Assembly: GCA_965203965.1 (NCBI GenBank)
Contig: CBDBDR010000014.1
Location: 1-64,000, forward strand
Direction of reading: 5' to 3'
Source: Thermodesulfobacteriota bacterium
GTDB taxonomy: Bacteria; Desulfobacterota_D; UBA1144; Nemesobacterales; JAJCZQ01
DNA length: 64,000 nucleotides
Position numbers and translations under genes: made by a program. Below are positions 34,429-64,000 of this stretch, one piece after another (position 1 is the first letter of the stretch; each line of letters starts with the position of its first letter). The notes beneath the pieces were generated by a model that saw nothing but the letters and a program-made list of their open reading frames with translations, searched no databases and was not told the origin of the DNA.

Positions 34429-35403
34429 GTAAATAATTTTTGTATGAGATCTTTGCGTTGGGGTATGTACATATTTCTTAGCTCTGGTAGTATTCAAATT
34501 AGATTTTGCATACGAGCATTTTCCACTAATTCTGTTAACTGTCTAAGATATGCTGTAGCTAAATCACGTACACTAATAAATATCTTGAGAGCAAAGATAC
34601 TAATTGTTGCTTTGTAGTTTGTGTGGTTGCTCTGTTGAAAGGAGACTTTTCTCAGAAGTGTATCTGATTTAAGAACGACCTTTTGTTTTGTTTACCCTAG
34701 GGATACGCCCACACCATGTGTAAAATGTCCTTTCCGGACACAAAACATTGTAGTGACAAGCTTTGTATGGTGGTCATTATTCGATTTTCTAATTTTTTCT
34801 ACAGTCTAAGACGAGGCGACCGTCACTCAGAGTCAACACAAAAGGTTTTACTACTCCTCATCTGAGACTATCCCAAAGAGAGAAATCAAAATAATATAAA
34901 GACTATAGCTTTGTCTGCACACTCTATATTGCTTTGTCATAATAATATATCTATTTCAAACCGTTACCTCTATACCTGTCAAATACAACATCTTTTTTTC
35001 TAAGTTGGGAGGACAGGATTGTGTAAAGCATGGTCTCGGCACCACACCAAGCTTATGAGTATTGTCGTCCGCATTCTTGCCGTATGGCTGCATTGCTCAT
35101 TCATATTTTCAGCCTGTTTGGAAACCTTAAATCTAGTAGCTACGGTAACCGAGATAATCCACACCAAGAAACCTGAAACGAATGTAAAACAGGTTTCTGA
35201 ACCAGAACTGACTGTGTCTTTGATGTTCATAAATTATACAGCGTGAGAACTGTTCCAAGACCCTAGTATATATCTGTGTTGTATAGTTTTATTTTTTTTA
35301 ATTTTATGATGCTCCTGTACAGAAATGAAGATAAATACCAATGGACAAACATCTTGAAGTGGGAGTAGTTGATAAGGAATAAAATAAATAATAATTTTTG
35401 GTT

Positions 35404-38400
35404 TTAAGTGTAAAGAAATGATATCACCAGAACTATTAGTAGTGACAGTAGTACGTTAAAGTGTTTGTGTAGTGATGGGCCTGACGAGTACAAGTTTGAG
35501 CCTGGTGCATCGGAAGGACTAGATTGTGTATTGAGAGGTTGTGTGGTAGGTGGTCGAGTGGTAGCGCTCGTAGTGATGGATTGTGTGTTTGTGGTAGCTG
35601 GGCCTGGTGCATCAGAAGGACTAGATTGTGTATTGAGCGGTTGTGTGGTAGGTGGTCGAGTGGTAGCGCTCGTAGTGATGGATTGTGTGTTTGTGGTAGC
35701 TGGAGTTGGAGTGGATGAGGTCGCTGATGACTCAATGACGTTGGGGTCTATGGGCGCGGGAGTAGAGTCAGTTTCAGGTGTGACGAATACGGGGTCTATG
35801 GGCACAGGAGCAGAGTCAGGTTCGGGTGTGACGAATATGCCGATGTCTGGTAGTGCATTTGTGTCATTCAGTTCAGCTTGCATGAACGAGAGGATATCAT
35901 ATCTTGAAAGCTGGAGTAGGTTCATTTGACACATCGTGACAAATTCATTGCCCAGGTTAGTGAAGAGTTGATTATTGATGCGATTTGCAGTTTGAATAAA
36001 ACAGGAAAACAATGCTTGGTTTTGATCATCCTGACACTTCTGTTGTAGAAAGGCTGTCTTGTTTACTTGGGCATGTGATGGACAGCCTGTACTGCAAAGA
36101 CCATCTGCAGCAGCCATTTCATCTGCGTCAAATTGAGTGACCACACTGAGGTACCCTCCATAGTTTCGTATGATTGCAGAGAAGTTGAACCATGGAGCCA
36201 GGATGCTGGCTACAGTTCTGTTACTGTTAACATGCACTTGAGTGTCAATCATTGTCGGCAATGATCCAGCAGTGGTGTTGGTTGGTAGGACCTCTGATAC
36301 TACTGCTACATATGAATGTGTCAGGAAAGAATTACAAGATGTCTTTGGAAAAGTGATATTGACCTACAAAGGCAGAGAGAGAAAGCAAGCAACTTAGTAC
36401 AACCAAGCCCTATGAGTGAGCTGTAACAGCAGTATTGTTATATCAAGGTTACAGGGCTAAAAGGAAGCTAAATGTGTAGTGTGTTTACACAAGGCACGCT
36501 AAACCATTCAAGTGCACAGCCCATATCTAAAAGCTATCTTTTTAGCATGCATAACTTATGAGGCTTCAAACATATAAACACAGCTTGAGAAGAGGAGGTT
36601 TACTAGCAACTGAATGAACACCACAAGAAAACCATGAACTGCAAGAATACAATGAGATCATAATGCAGTGTTTTATGGTGATTCTATTGTTAACAGTTTT
36701 AGCACAAAATAGATTACTACTATAATTTATGCATGCTCAAGAATTAGTGAGGTCAATTACACACATTTTTGTGTCTAAATCACCTATTGTAACAAGAAAT
36801 CTAGGCAGTAATTGTCTTGAAAACCAGAGTACTTTATTATTAAGGGCTAATTACTGGAGAAAACACCACAACATTGTTATAGGGAGGAGTGAGGCATAGA
36901 GACGTTAATCGGCCATAAGGTGTGTGGTGATCAGAGCCAAAACAGGATACGGTAGTCTATTATGCATGTATACCACAAAGCTATACCAAATGAGCTGCAT
37001 GGGATAGCATGATGCTTAGTCCGTTAGCACGAACTCCACATGAACTCTGTTGTTTACGATCATAGGGATATGTTTTTATAACGGAGTTAGTCCCACTCAA
37101 AAGGCTGTTTTTAGTCATCCTGAACTCGTGCTATTCAAACACTAAAGAATACTAATACATACATGTGTATGTGCCTAGGAGACCGACAGCCACCTGTGCA
37201 TATCGAGACATAGCTATAAATATAGTTACCAGTTACTAAGCACTAAACAGGAGATACTAATATAGAAAAGAATTCAAACTATTTTCAACATCTGCGTGTC
37301 TTGGAAATGGTTTCAACTAAGTTTGCACACATTTTTCTCACAATCATGCTTCTGTGTTCACACAGTCACATGGATCAAAAGAATTATCAAGTGTTCTAAC
37401 CTTAGTAAGACGAGTGAAACTTGACTGAGCATTGTCAGATTCAGCAGTGACTTCAACTGTAACATCAGGATGGTTGATGAGGTACCACGATCCAGGCAAA
37501 GAGCATGCCTGGATTGTTTGTCCTCCCCATTGACGGAGATGAGAATGAAAGTACAAACTACATTGTCTGTGAGCTCGAAGTTTGAGTCTAGTACATACAG
37601 GTAGAGCAGAATCATTGTTAGGATCAGCTGGAATCACCACAGCATGGTTCATTGGAGTTACTTCAAAATTACTGGGCATTGGTGCGAGTGAACAGTTGAC
37701 ATCCGGTGGGTCTGTTGGAGGTGGTGTGGTAGGTGATGTGGCTGTAGTGGGTGTGGTTGTTGCTTGTGATGTACAGTTGTAGTGATCTCTGTCAGAGGAC
37801 AACTGGAGTGTGAAGCTGAGAATAGAAAGATTTTCGTCACGAGGGCACTCTTGCCGCGCTAAGCATTCCTCGGCAAGTTGTATACTAAGACAAATGATGG
37901 CTGGGTTCTCTTTCAACATGTTGTAATCATCTCGACAACTCATCCAGTTGCATTCAGCATTGACGCATCCTAAAAAGTGATAGAAGTTAACGAGTGTGTA
38001 CACACTGACACCTCTTCTAGTGGAGATCATTTTTTAAGGAGTGCCCGACATTTACACAGGTGTATGAAAACAGCTTTATCTACCGGACTCATCCAGTATA
38101 TATTAGGACTATGAGCTGTCTACCAGCATGCTATGTACACAGTATGTGTGGCTGATCTAGACCTGTGAATATGGTTTAATATTCACGACTCAAGTGACAA
38201 AGTGAGAGCCATTTGGACCCCCAAAGGCAAACATAAACACAAAGCGGTAAAAGTACACAACCACACAACATAGTCACTGCAGTAACCTCTACGGCTTTAT
38301 TGGAAAATAAATTTAGACTCCAAATTCCTTTGGTGGCTACTACCGTTTCCTCCAAAACAATTTTAGCTGGCCACATGTTGCACCAATGCAGCATGGTTGT

Positions 38401-38740
38401 GGGATTCAAGCAGTAACTGTACATTATTTGCAGTGCAAAACATCTTGAAACCCTCTATACTTAGTTAAGCTGTATTATTTTGATGGCTAGTCAGTATTCT
38501 AGGCAGCAGCACTGCATGCTCTACTGCTCAAAGGCATAGTGGATCTCTAATGCACATTTTGCAGCATCAAATGATCGTTCTACAAGGCATGCATCATGCA
38601 GTGACAGCGGTACTGTACAGACATACACGAATCGTCCAATGCAGTCATGGTGCATGACGATACCCACCTTGCTCGAGTCCAAGGTAAAGCAAGCACACGA
38701 GAAGTCCTCTCAACCAGCTATTGCAGTGCCTGAAATCCAT
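35404..38740 (-). CDS. Repulsive guidance molecule (RGM)-family-like GPI-anchored protein, divergent
   Basis: Exons 38668-38740, 37401-37969, 35404-36363; signal peptide; QCSLYFHSHLRQWGGQTIQACSLPGSWYLINHPDVTVEVT resembles the RGM vWD start; IIRNYGGYLSV...LCSTGCP resembles RGM-C; mucin stalk; hydrophobic C-terminus. Confidence 0.75.
35501..35703 (-). repeat. Coding tandem duplication, 102 bp x2 (34-aa Thr/Pro/Ser unit)
   Basis: PATTNTQSITTSATTRPPTTQPLNTQSSPSDAPG twice with near-identical DNA. Confidence 0.95.
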
Positions 38741-39166
38741 CGCAGGAAAACGTGAAGTTGCTTGCAGCACGGATGATTGTAAATCACAATGGCGAGTGGT
38801 TTATCCTCAGTCTGCACGGTGCTGGCTTTTTATTCTGTAAAATTAATGTAAGATCCGGATGTAGGAGTGCCAAGCCCATTCCCACCGGAAATTTCCACAT
38901 GTGTTGTACGGCGGCGCGACCGAAACGATTAACGTACGAGTCGAGGAGGAGGTGCTTGGGGTACGGTGTGAGATCACTGGAACTTGGTCAGACCAGCAGC
39001 TACGAGCAGTGCAGCCAAAGACTGCTAGAGATAGCCTGCTTGCTCAAACAAACGTGTAGGTAAGTTCATCACGACACGTTGGTTAGCATTCATTGACTGT
39101 AGTACATGTTACATGTCAATAGTGTAGTGTGTAGGTGGGAATCACGTGATCACTTCCTCAGCCAGA

Positions 39167-42686
<3,520 letters not shown>

Positions 42687-42956
42687 TGTAATGGATAGAA
42701 TCATTCCTGCAATTGACAACATCTAGTGTGTACAGTTGCCTCATCAAAAATTACGTCAGAAGGAACTAAGTGTATTTTTTCTTATTTTGTTTTTTTTATA
42801 GAGCAGATGTTTTGACTTGTGTATAATAAATTAAATTAATAATTATTTGAAGAGCAGTTTGTGCTTCGTAACATGTTAAAATTATTTTTGCACTAATAAA
42901 AAGTTATTGATGATGTATTCCCGTATATTCCCGTTCACCACGTTTATAAATCAAAG

Positions 42957-43364
42957 ATGGTGTCCGAAGCAGATCTCGACGTAGAGGAGCTGAACGTGAC
43001 CTCGGCAGTGCTGGTTGGCGCAGCGCACCACTATGGTCGATACTGCGTAAGGCAAAACGACGCCTTTATGGAGTGCAAGCAGCAGGAAAAGGATCCGAGG
43101 AAGTGTTTGGCCCAAGGAAGGGCGGTGACCAAGTGTGCTTTTGATTTCTTCAAGAAAGTTAAAGAAACGTGCAACGAGTCGTTCACAGCGCATTGGACGT
43201 GCTTGGATCATAACAATCAGATGCAGAGGTTCTGCAGGAAGACGCAGGCAAAGTATGATGGATGCATGCTGGAGAAAATGAACCTGGAAAGAGCGGGATC
43301 ACAAAGAGAGGAGTCCATTCGAAACGCAGAGGCTCTAGCAAAAGAACAATCAGACGCATCTTAG
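42957..43364 (+). CDS. NDUFA8: NADH dehydrogenase 1 alpha subcomplex subunit 8 (single exon)
   Basis: EELNVTSAVLVGAAHHYGRYC...FMECK...DPRKCL...; four CX9C pairs. Confidence 0.95.
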   Translation: MVSEADLDVEELNVTSAVLVGAAHHYGRYCVRQNDAFMECKQQEKDPRKCLAQGRAVTKCAFDFFKKVKETCNESFTAHWTCLDHNNQMQRFCRKTQAKYDGCMLEKMNLERAGSQREESIRNAEALAKEQSDAS

Positions 43365-43523
43365 GCTGACATGCATAATATGATATTTATAGTTCACTTA
43401 GCACTTGTAAAAAATAAGCGAAGTTCAATGCAATTTGAACATATTTACAAAAATTACTGTACAATAATCGATTAATTTGAAGAGAAAAAGATAGACTATA
43501 GACAAAGATGAGTGTCAGAGTTG

Positions 43524-53795
<10,272 letters not shown>

Positions 53796-53974
53796 GCAGC
53801 TAAGCCACCTCTAGGCTGTGACCTGCTTCCTTATACCTGCAACTAGCGCCTATGAGGCCAAGGCTAAGGCTCCATATACTCAGCTCTGCATGCACTGCAG
53901 AGGGATCAGCCTACTTTCTAATATTACTTTTGCCTTTTTGTTCAACTCTGACCTCCAACCGAGCCTCCAACAGT

Positions 53975-55098
53975 ATGGACCACGACACTGTCACAACCAA
54001 CTGTCCAGCCACGTCTGATCACAAGACCGGATCAGAAGATGTGTTGAGCGGAGGATTTGCAGAGCTCTCCGATCTAACTCCAGATCCACCAAAAATGCGC
54101 GAGATTTGTCCAAGATGCAGGTGACTTTACTCTAAACACGTGCACCTATTTACGGTAAGGTGATGATTTGTCTTTGTTTATTAGGCGTCCGACCACAGTG
54201 TGTATATGCTCTTGCTTGCCAACAGAACCAATCAAGACCTCGACTAAAGTCATTATCTTACAGCACCCTAGTGAGGTGTATTCATGCATGGTCCATTCAG
54301 TATATTGTGCACTAACGTTGTCGCGCATGTTCTATTCAGATTGACAGGTGTCTAGCGACTGTGCCTCTGCTGCAAGAATGCCTCACTAAAGACAGACTAA
54401 CAGTCATCAGAGGAAAGCGATTCAACCTGCAGAAGTGTGTGAATGTCACCTCATAATTCTCTCTAATTCTCTTCCAACCCTCTTACCAGACAACCTCTCC
54501 TTCAATCAGTCTTGTCCTCGCAACACACTTTACTACTATACCCAAGTCACAATGGTGAGTAGTCTACTGACCCCTCAGTACGTGACGAACTCTAATAATC
54601 CTCTCAGCGATAGAGCTAAGCTCCATTTCTCCTCCTAGCACTCCGCTCACCCTTCTAGTGATAGATGGTACTTGGGCCCAAGCACGATCTATGTACACAC
54701 AGAACCCATTCATCCAATCCATTAAACAGGTATAGCACCAACATGACGAACACAATGTTCCTGCTTCGTGTGTGTGCATAGCTACAATCACCATAACATG
54801 TTTCTTTATCAGGTGAAGCTATCCTGTACAAGCGATAGTGAGTACGTAATTCGAACTCAGCCCTCGAAGCACGGTCTGTCCACACTGGAATCAGTAGCGC
54901 ATGCTGTCGCTTGGTTAGACGGCACACCTGACATCATAGAGGTGAGCCGGTCTAATTGAACCATCAAAGATTGTTCCCCTGTACCAGATGCTTGTTCGAC
55001 CATTGCGGGCTCTCTGTCAGCATCAACTAGATCATGGCGCTGTGGTGCACCATAGCAAGGACCATCCTGACTACACCCCACCAGAACAATACAAGTGA
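53975..55098 (+). CDS. DTWD2: tRNA-uridine aminocarboxypropyltransferase 2 (DTW domain)
   Basis: REICPRCRRPTTVCICSCLP; IILQHPSE; LLYPS; IDGTWAQAR; SEYVIRTQP...LSTLESVAHA. Confidence 0.93.
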
Positions 55099-55279
55099 GA
55101 ACCATTTTATAGAACAGAGCTGATTGAACAGGTCACTTTCTTCATTCATAGAAAGCAACAAAGAAAAAAGACTGTCTTTTAATCATATAACCACCACTAG
55201 ACCTGTAACACTTTTTACACAGAAATAGCAAAGAAATGAAGCAAAAGAGAAGAGATAATTGCATGCCAAACCGTTCGTT

Positions 55280-55784
55280 CTAGTAAATGTCTTCTCCAGG
55301 TGGGAACTTGAGTTGGTCTCGGATAGGCTCCACCCACTTGTCCAAGATGTAGGGACTTTCTCCCACCTTCCAACCAGGAACATCTTTCATAATGAGCGCC
55401 TCCTCTGCTTCAAATGCTTTCATTGCCCGTAAAAATCTATGAAAAACAAAAAAAATTAATAAGACCCCCAAAAATATTTGCTGACACCTTCTATCCCGCT
55501 CTGCTTCTATAATAGGTTGTAGAAACAACCTTCCATTGAGCTTCTCTTTTTTGAGCTCTCTAAAGCAAAAGCTGAAAGTAAACCAAAAAGAGGTCGGATC
55601 ATGCATTGCACCTGTCCTCGTTCCTGGTATAATTAATGGCACAAAATCCCAATGCAATGACTGTGACTCCTCCTATAATAATCATCCAGCTTGAGGGACC
55701 ACGGTTGAGTGTGACACGCTTGAACTGAATGTCAGGATAACCGCCTTTGGGAGCACTATCTTGTCTGTACCTCAAGTCAGCCAT
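55280..55784 (-). CDS. NDUFA13: NADH dehydrogenase 1 alpha subcomplex subunit 13 (GRIM-19)
   Basis: YRQDSAPKGGYPDIQFKR...RGPS; LQPIIEAERDRR; EEALIMKDVPGWKVGES; 3 exons. Confidence 0.95.
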
Positions 55785-56327
55785 TGCTGCTGGAAGGCAA
55801 AGGCGGAGGCTTGGTCACATGACCTTCATAGAAAATATCACGTGTTTTCCGTATTGTCACGTGATTATACTTATCCCGGGCGTCTGGTCCGATTTCTCGC
55901 TGTAATACAGTCAGTCTTCCGAAGTGTCGTCACTACCGTACTAACTTTGTTTGTGAACCCACTGTCGTCCATCAACCGCTCAGCTCTTTGCTGCACACCA
56001 GTCTGCCTCTTCTCGACCGTCGTGTCGTTCAAATGAGCGACTGAGGTTGGTTCCCGCGTTCCAGTCACACTCACCTCTCTTCTGTCACCCCTGGTTAGCC
56101 CCTGTCTCTACTACACTTCTTCAAAGCGTGAGCTAGTGACGTGATTGTGGAGCGATAGAGACCTGTACAATAGCAACAGCGACTCTGACGCTCGTGGATG
56201 AACGTCATTGTGAGAGACTTTCGTGTTTTCTCTTCAGGTTACAAAGTACAGACAGAGGCCCAACAAGGGACACTTTCACACACCTCTTTAGCAACCCTTT
56301 CACTGACCCTTTTATGGACTTGATAGT

Positions 56328-61230
<4,903 letters not shown>

Positions 61231-61339
61231 TCGATAGTAATGATAAATAAACAATATCAACTAAACTGATCCTTCAAGATGTTAATTTTCTGTTCCATTT
61301 TTGTTGTGAATTAATACAACCTTATCTCTCTTGAACCCT

Positions 61340-61371
<32 letters not shown>

Positions 61372-61635
61372 AGAGCTCCTTTATCTATTCAGTAGCAACA
61401 ACAAACTTTGTGTCAAGTGTATTTATTGTGTACATGTCTTTCATTCACTTGTTTTGTTCGTGATAACTCATTCTCAATTGTACTATTACTCTCTGCAGAC
61501 ATAATTATTTTTCTTGTGTGATATACTTCATGTAGTTTCGTTGTATTTTTATTGTGTATGTATTAAAAAATAAGTACTTGTCATGAGGCAAACCATGAAA
61601 AAATTAAAGTCTTGTGAAAAAATTTAATAGTAGTA

Positions 61636-63174
61636 TTAGCTTTCGTACCAATTCATAGATCGTTCCAATGCTTTCTGCCAAAGAGTGTATGACTGTTTAA
61701 GTTCTTCACACATTGTTTCACTGCGGGGTTTAAAAATGCGGTCCAACTGCCAGAAGTTTTTCACCTCTTCTCGTGAGCTCCAGAAACCTGAACCAATACC
61801 AGCTACAAACACTGCCCCAAACACAGTCAGGTTGAGTGTCTTTGGACGATAGAGAGGCAGCTCCAGCAGGTCACTGGTCAGTTGCATCACTAGTGAATTA
61901 TTGCACACACCACCATCAACGCGGATTTTTTCAATAGGATAACTGACTTCTTCAACGGCTACATCATAGAGCTGCTTGCAGGTGAAGGCAAACGACTCCA
62001 ACATTGCTCGAGTGATGTGTTCTTTGCGAGTGTCGTAAGTCACTCCCACAATCGATGCAGCACAGTTTGGATCATTGTAAGGCGCTTGCATACCACTGAA
62101 ACACGGCACAAAACAAACACCACCAGAGCTCTCAACAGATGTCGCCAGTGCCATGGTCTCGGAAGGATCAGAGTAGAGACCGAATTTCTGTCCCCATTCT
62201 ACTACGCTGCCTATACTGGCAAAAAAACCTTCCGCAAAGAACACCAACTCGTCTCTTATCTTCCAGCCTATAGTTGGGTAGAAGCCAGTTACAGATGCAT
62301 GTGGTTTATTACCGGTATTGATACTCAGAAACATGCCCGTCCCAAAGGTACACTTGGCGTCGCCTGGCTCCCAACACATCTGGGCAAAGGCAGCACTCGT
62401 CTGGTCAGAGATCACACCTGTTATTGGTATGCCTTGTCCAAAGATGTGCGCCACACTGATGCCAAAGTCACCACCAGAGTCTCTGATCTCTGGAAGGATC
62501 GCACTAGGGATTTCCAGCAAAGACAAGAGCAAATTTGACCAGTCCATTGTGTATGGATCGTACATGACAGTGGTCGAAACGTTCGAGTAGTCAGTAGCAT
62601 GCACCTTTCCCTCTGTGAGCTTCCATACTATCCACGTGTCTACGGTTCCGAAACACACCTCTCCTTTCTCAGCTATTTCTCTCACGCCCTCCAAGTTGTT
62701 CAGCAACCAGTGAAGCCTGATTGCGGACATGCCAGTTATGAATGAAATGACACTAGCCGCAAGGAATCTCTTGCTGCGTGTGAAGAAATGCAGGAAAGAT
62801 GATGCCGCTTGAATTGTCTTCTTCTTCATTGACTCGTTCCAGCGCTCGCAATCCTTTGCAGCACGTCGGTCCTGCCAAGTGATAAAGTTGCACAGTGGTT
62901 TGCCTGTCTCACGTTTCCAAAGCAAAATCGTGTTCCGTTGACAAGTGATTCCCAAGCACGCTGCAGCGGGTTCCAACGACGCTTGACGCAGAGTAACCTT
63001 AACTACTTCCTTGAAGGACCGCCATAATTCCTCGGGGTCTATCTCACAAGCACCAGGTGTTGGGTGGATCACCTTGACTGGGAGCTGGTGTTTGGCGATG
63101 ACTTGGCCGTCTCTCTTAACAGCAACGCATTGTATGTTGCTCGTGCCTATATCCACGCCAAGAGTGTACGCCAT
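61636..63174 (-). CDS. GK5: Glycerol kinase 5 (FGGY family), single exon
   Basis: LGVDIGTS; GITCQR; NFITWQDRR; GK5-type FLHFFTRSKRFLAAS insert; FGTVDTW; ATDYSN; VDGGV. Confidence 0.92.
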   Translation of the reverse strand: MAYTLGVDIGTSNIQCVAVKRDGQVIAKHQLPVKVIHPTPGACEIDPEELWRSFKEVVKVTLRQASLEPAAACLGITCQRNTILLWKRETGKPLCNFITWQDRRAAKDCERWNESMKKKTIQAASSFLHFFTRSKRFLAASVISFITGMSAIRLHWLLNNLEGVREIAEKGEVCFGTVDTWIVWKLTEGKVHATDYSNVSTTVMYDPYTMDWSNLLLSLLEIPSAILPEIRDSGGDFGISVAHIFGQGIPITGVISDQTSAAFAQMCWEPGDAKCTFGTGMFLSINTGNKPHASVTGFYPTIGWKIRDELVFFAEGFFASIGSVVEWGQKFGLYSDPSETMALATSVESSGGVCFVPCFSGMQAPYNDPNCAASIVGVTYDTRKEHITRAMLESFAFTCKQLYDVAVEEVSYPIEKIRVDGGVCNNSLVMQLTSDLLELPLYRPKTLNLTVFGAVFVAGIGSGFWSSREEVKNFWQLDRIFKPRSETMCEELKQSYTLWQKALERSMNWYES

Positions 63175-63246
63175 CGATCACTGCACTCCAAGGAAGCTGA
63201 ACACGCGGCCCAAAGAGGAAGTGATTAGCGGGAAGGCGGAGCAAAC

Positions 63247-63260
63247 GTCGTTATAGAAAC
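63247..63260 (+). promoter_or_regulatory. Candidate RFX X-box GTCGTT-AT-AGAAAC
   Basis: Fits RYYNYY-AT-RRNRAC; 24 bp upstream of the UBE2U-like ATG in a 109-bp bidirectional intergenic gap. Confidence 0.5.
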
Positions 63261-63283
63261 GCTGTCAACAAGCATCCTGAAGC

Positions 63284-64000
<717 letters not shown>

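Overview
Gene-dense eukaryotic (animal) DNA with many very short (~45-60 bp) GT-AG introns, intronic (CT)n/(CA)n microsatellites and short bidirectional promoters. The style suggests a compact early-branching metazoan genome such as a demosponge (inference only). Genes in order: 3' end of an ELL/occludin-domain gene, orphan Ig/FN3-type single-pass receptor, cyclophilin B, TIM44, GOLPH3, two tandem ankyrin-TRP-like channel paralogues, PDIA3, CHD1, an orphan repeat-rich basic nuclear-type protein, a divergent RGM-family GPI protein, MEK1/2, NDUFA8, DMXL, DTWD2, NDUFA13, CK1-gamma, GK5 and the 5' part of a UBE2U-like gene. Most notable non-genic signals: (1) an intronic ~118-bp inverted repeat with a minimal Penelope-type hammerhead ribozyme in each arm (21-338); (2) a ~0.9-kb intergenic element (about 1150-2070) with a 159-nt strand-specific hairpin built on four symmetric tandem G.A pairs and a GAA triloop, plus helically phased direct repeats of the same motif at the far end. 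Also seen: a perfect ERSE upstream of PDIA3, an RGM lacking GDPH, a UBE2U lacking its catalytic Cys with an upstream X-box, and a candidate U12 intron. Gene identities come from recalled family motifs, not database searches, and exon boundaries were read by eye.
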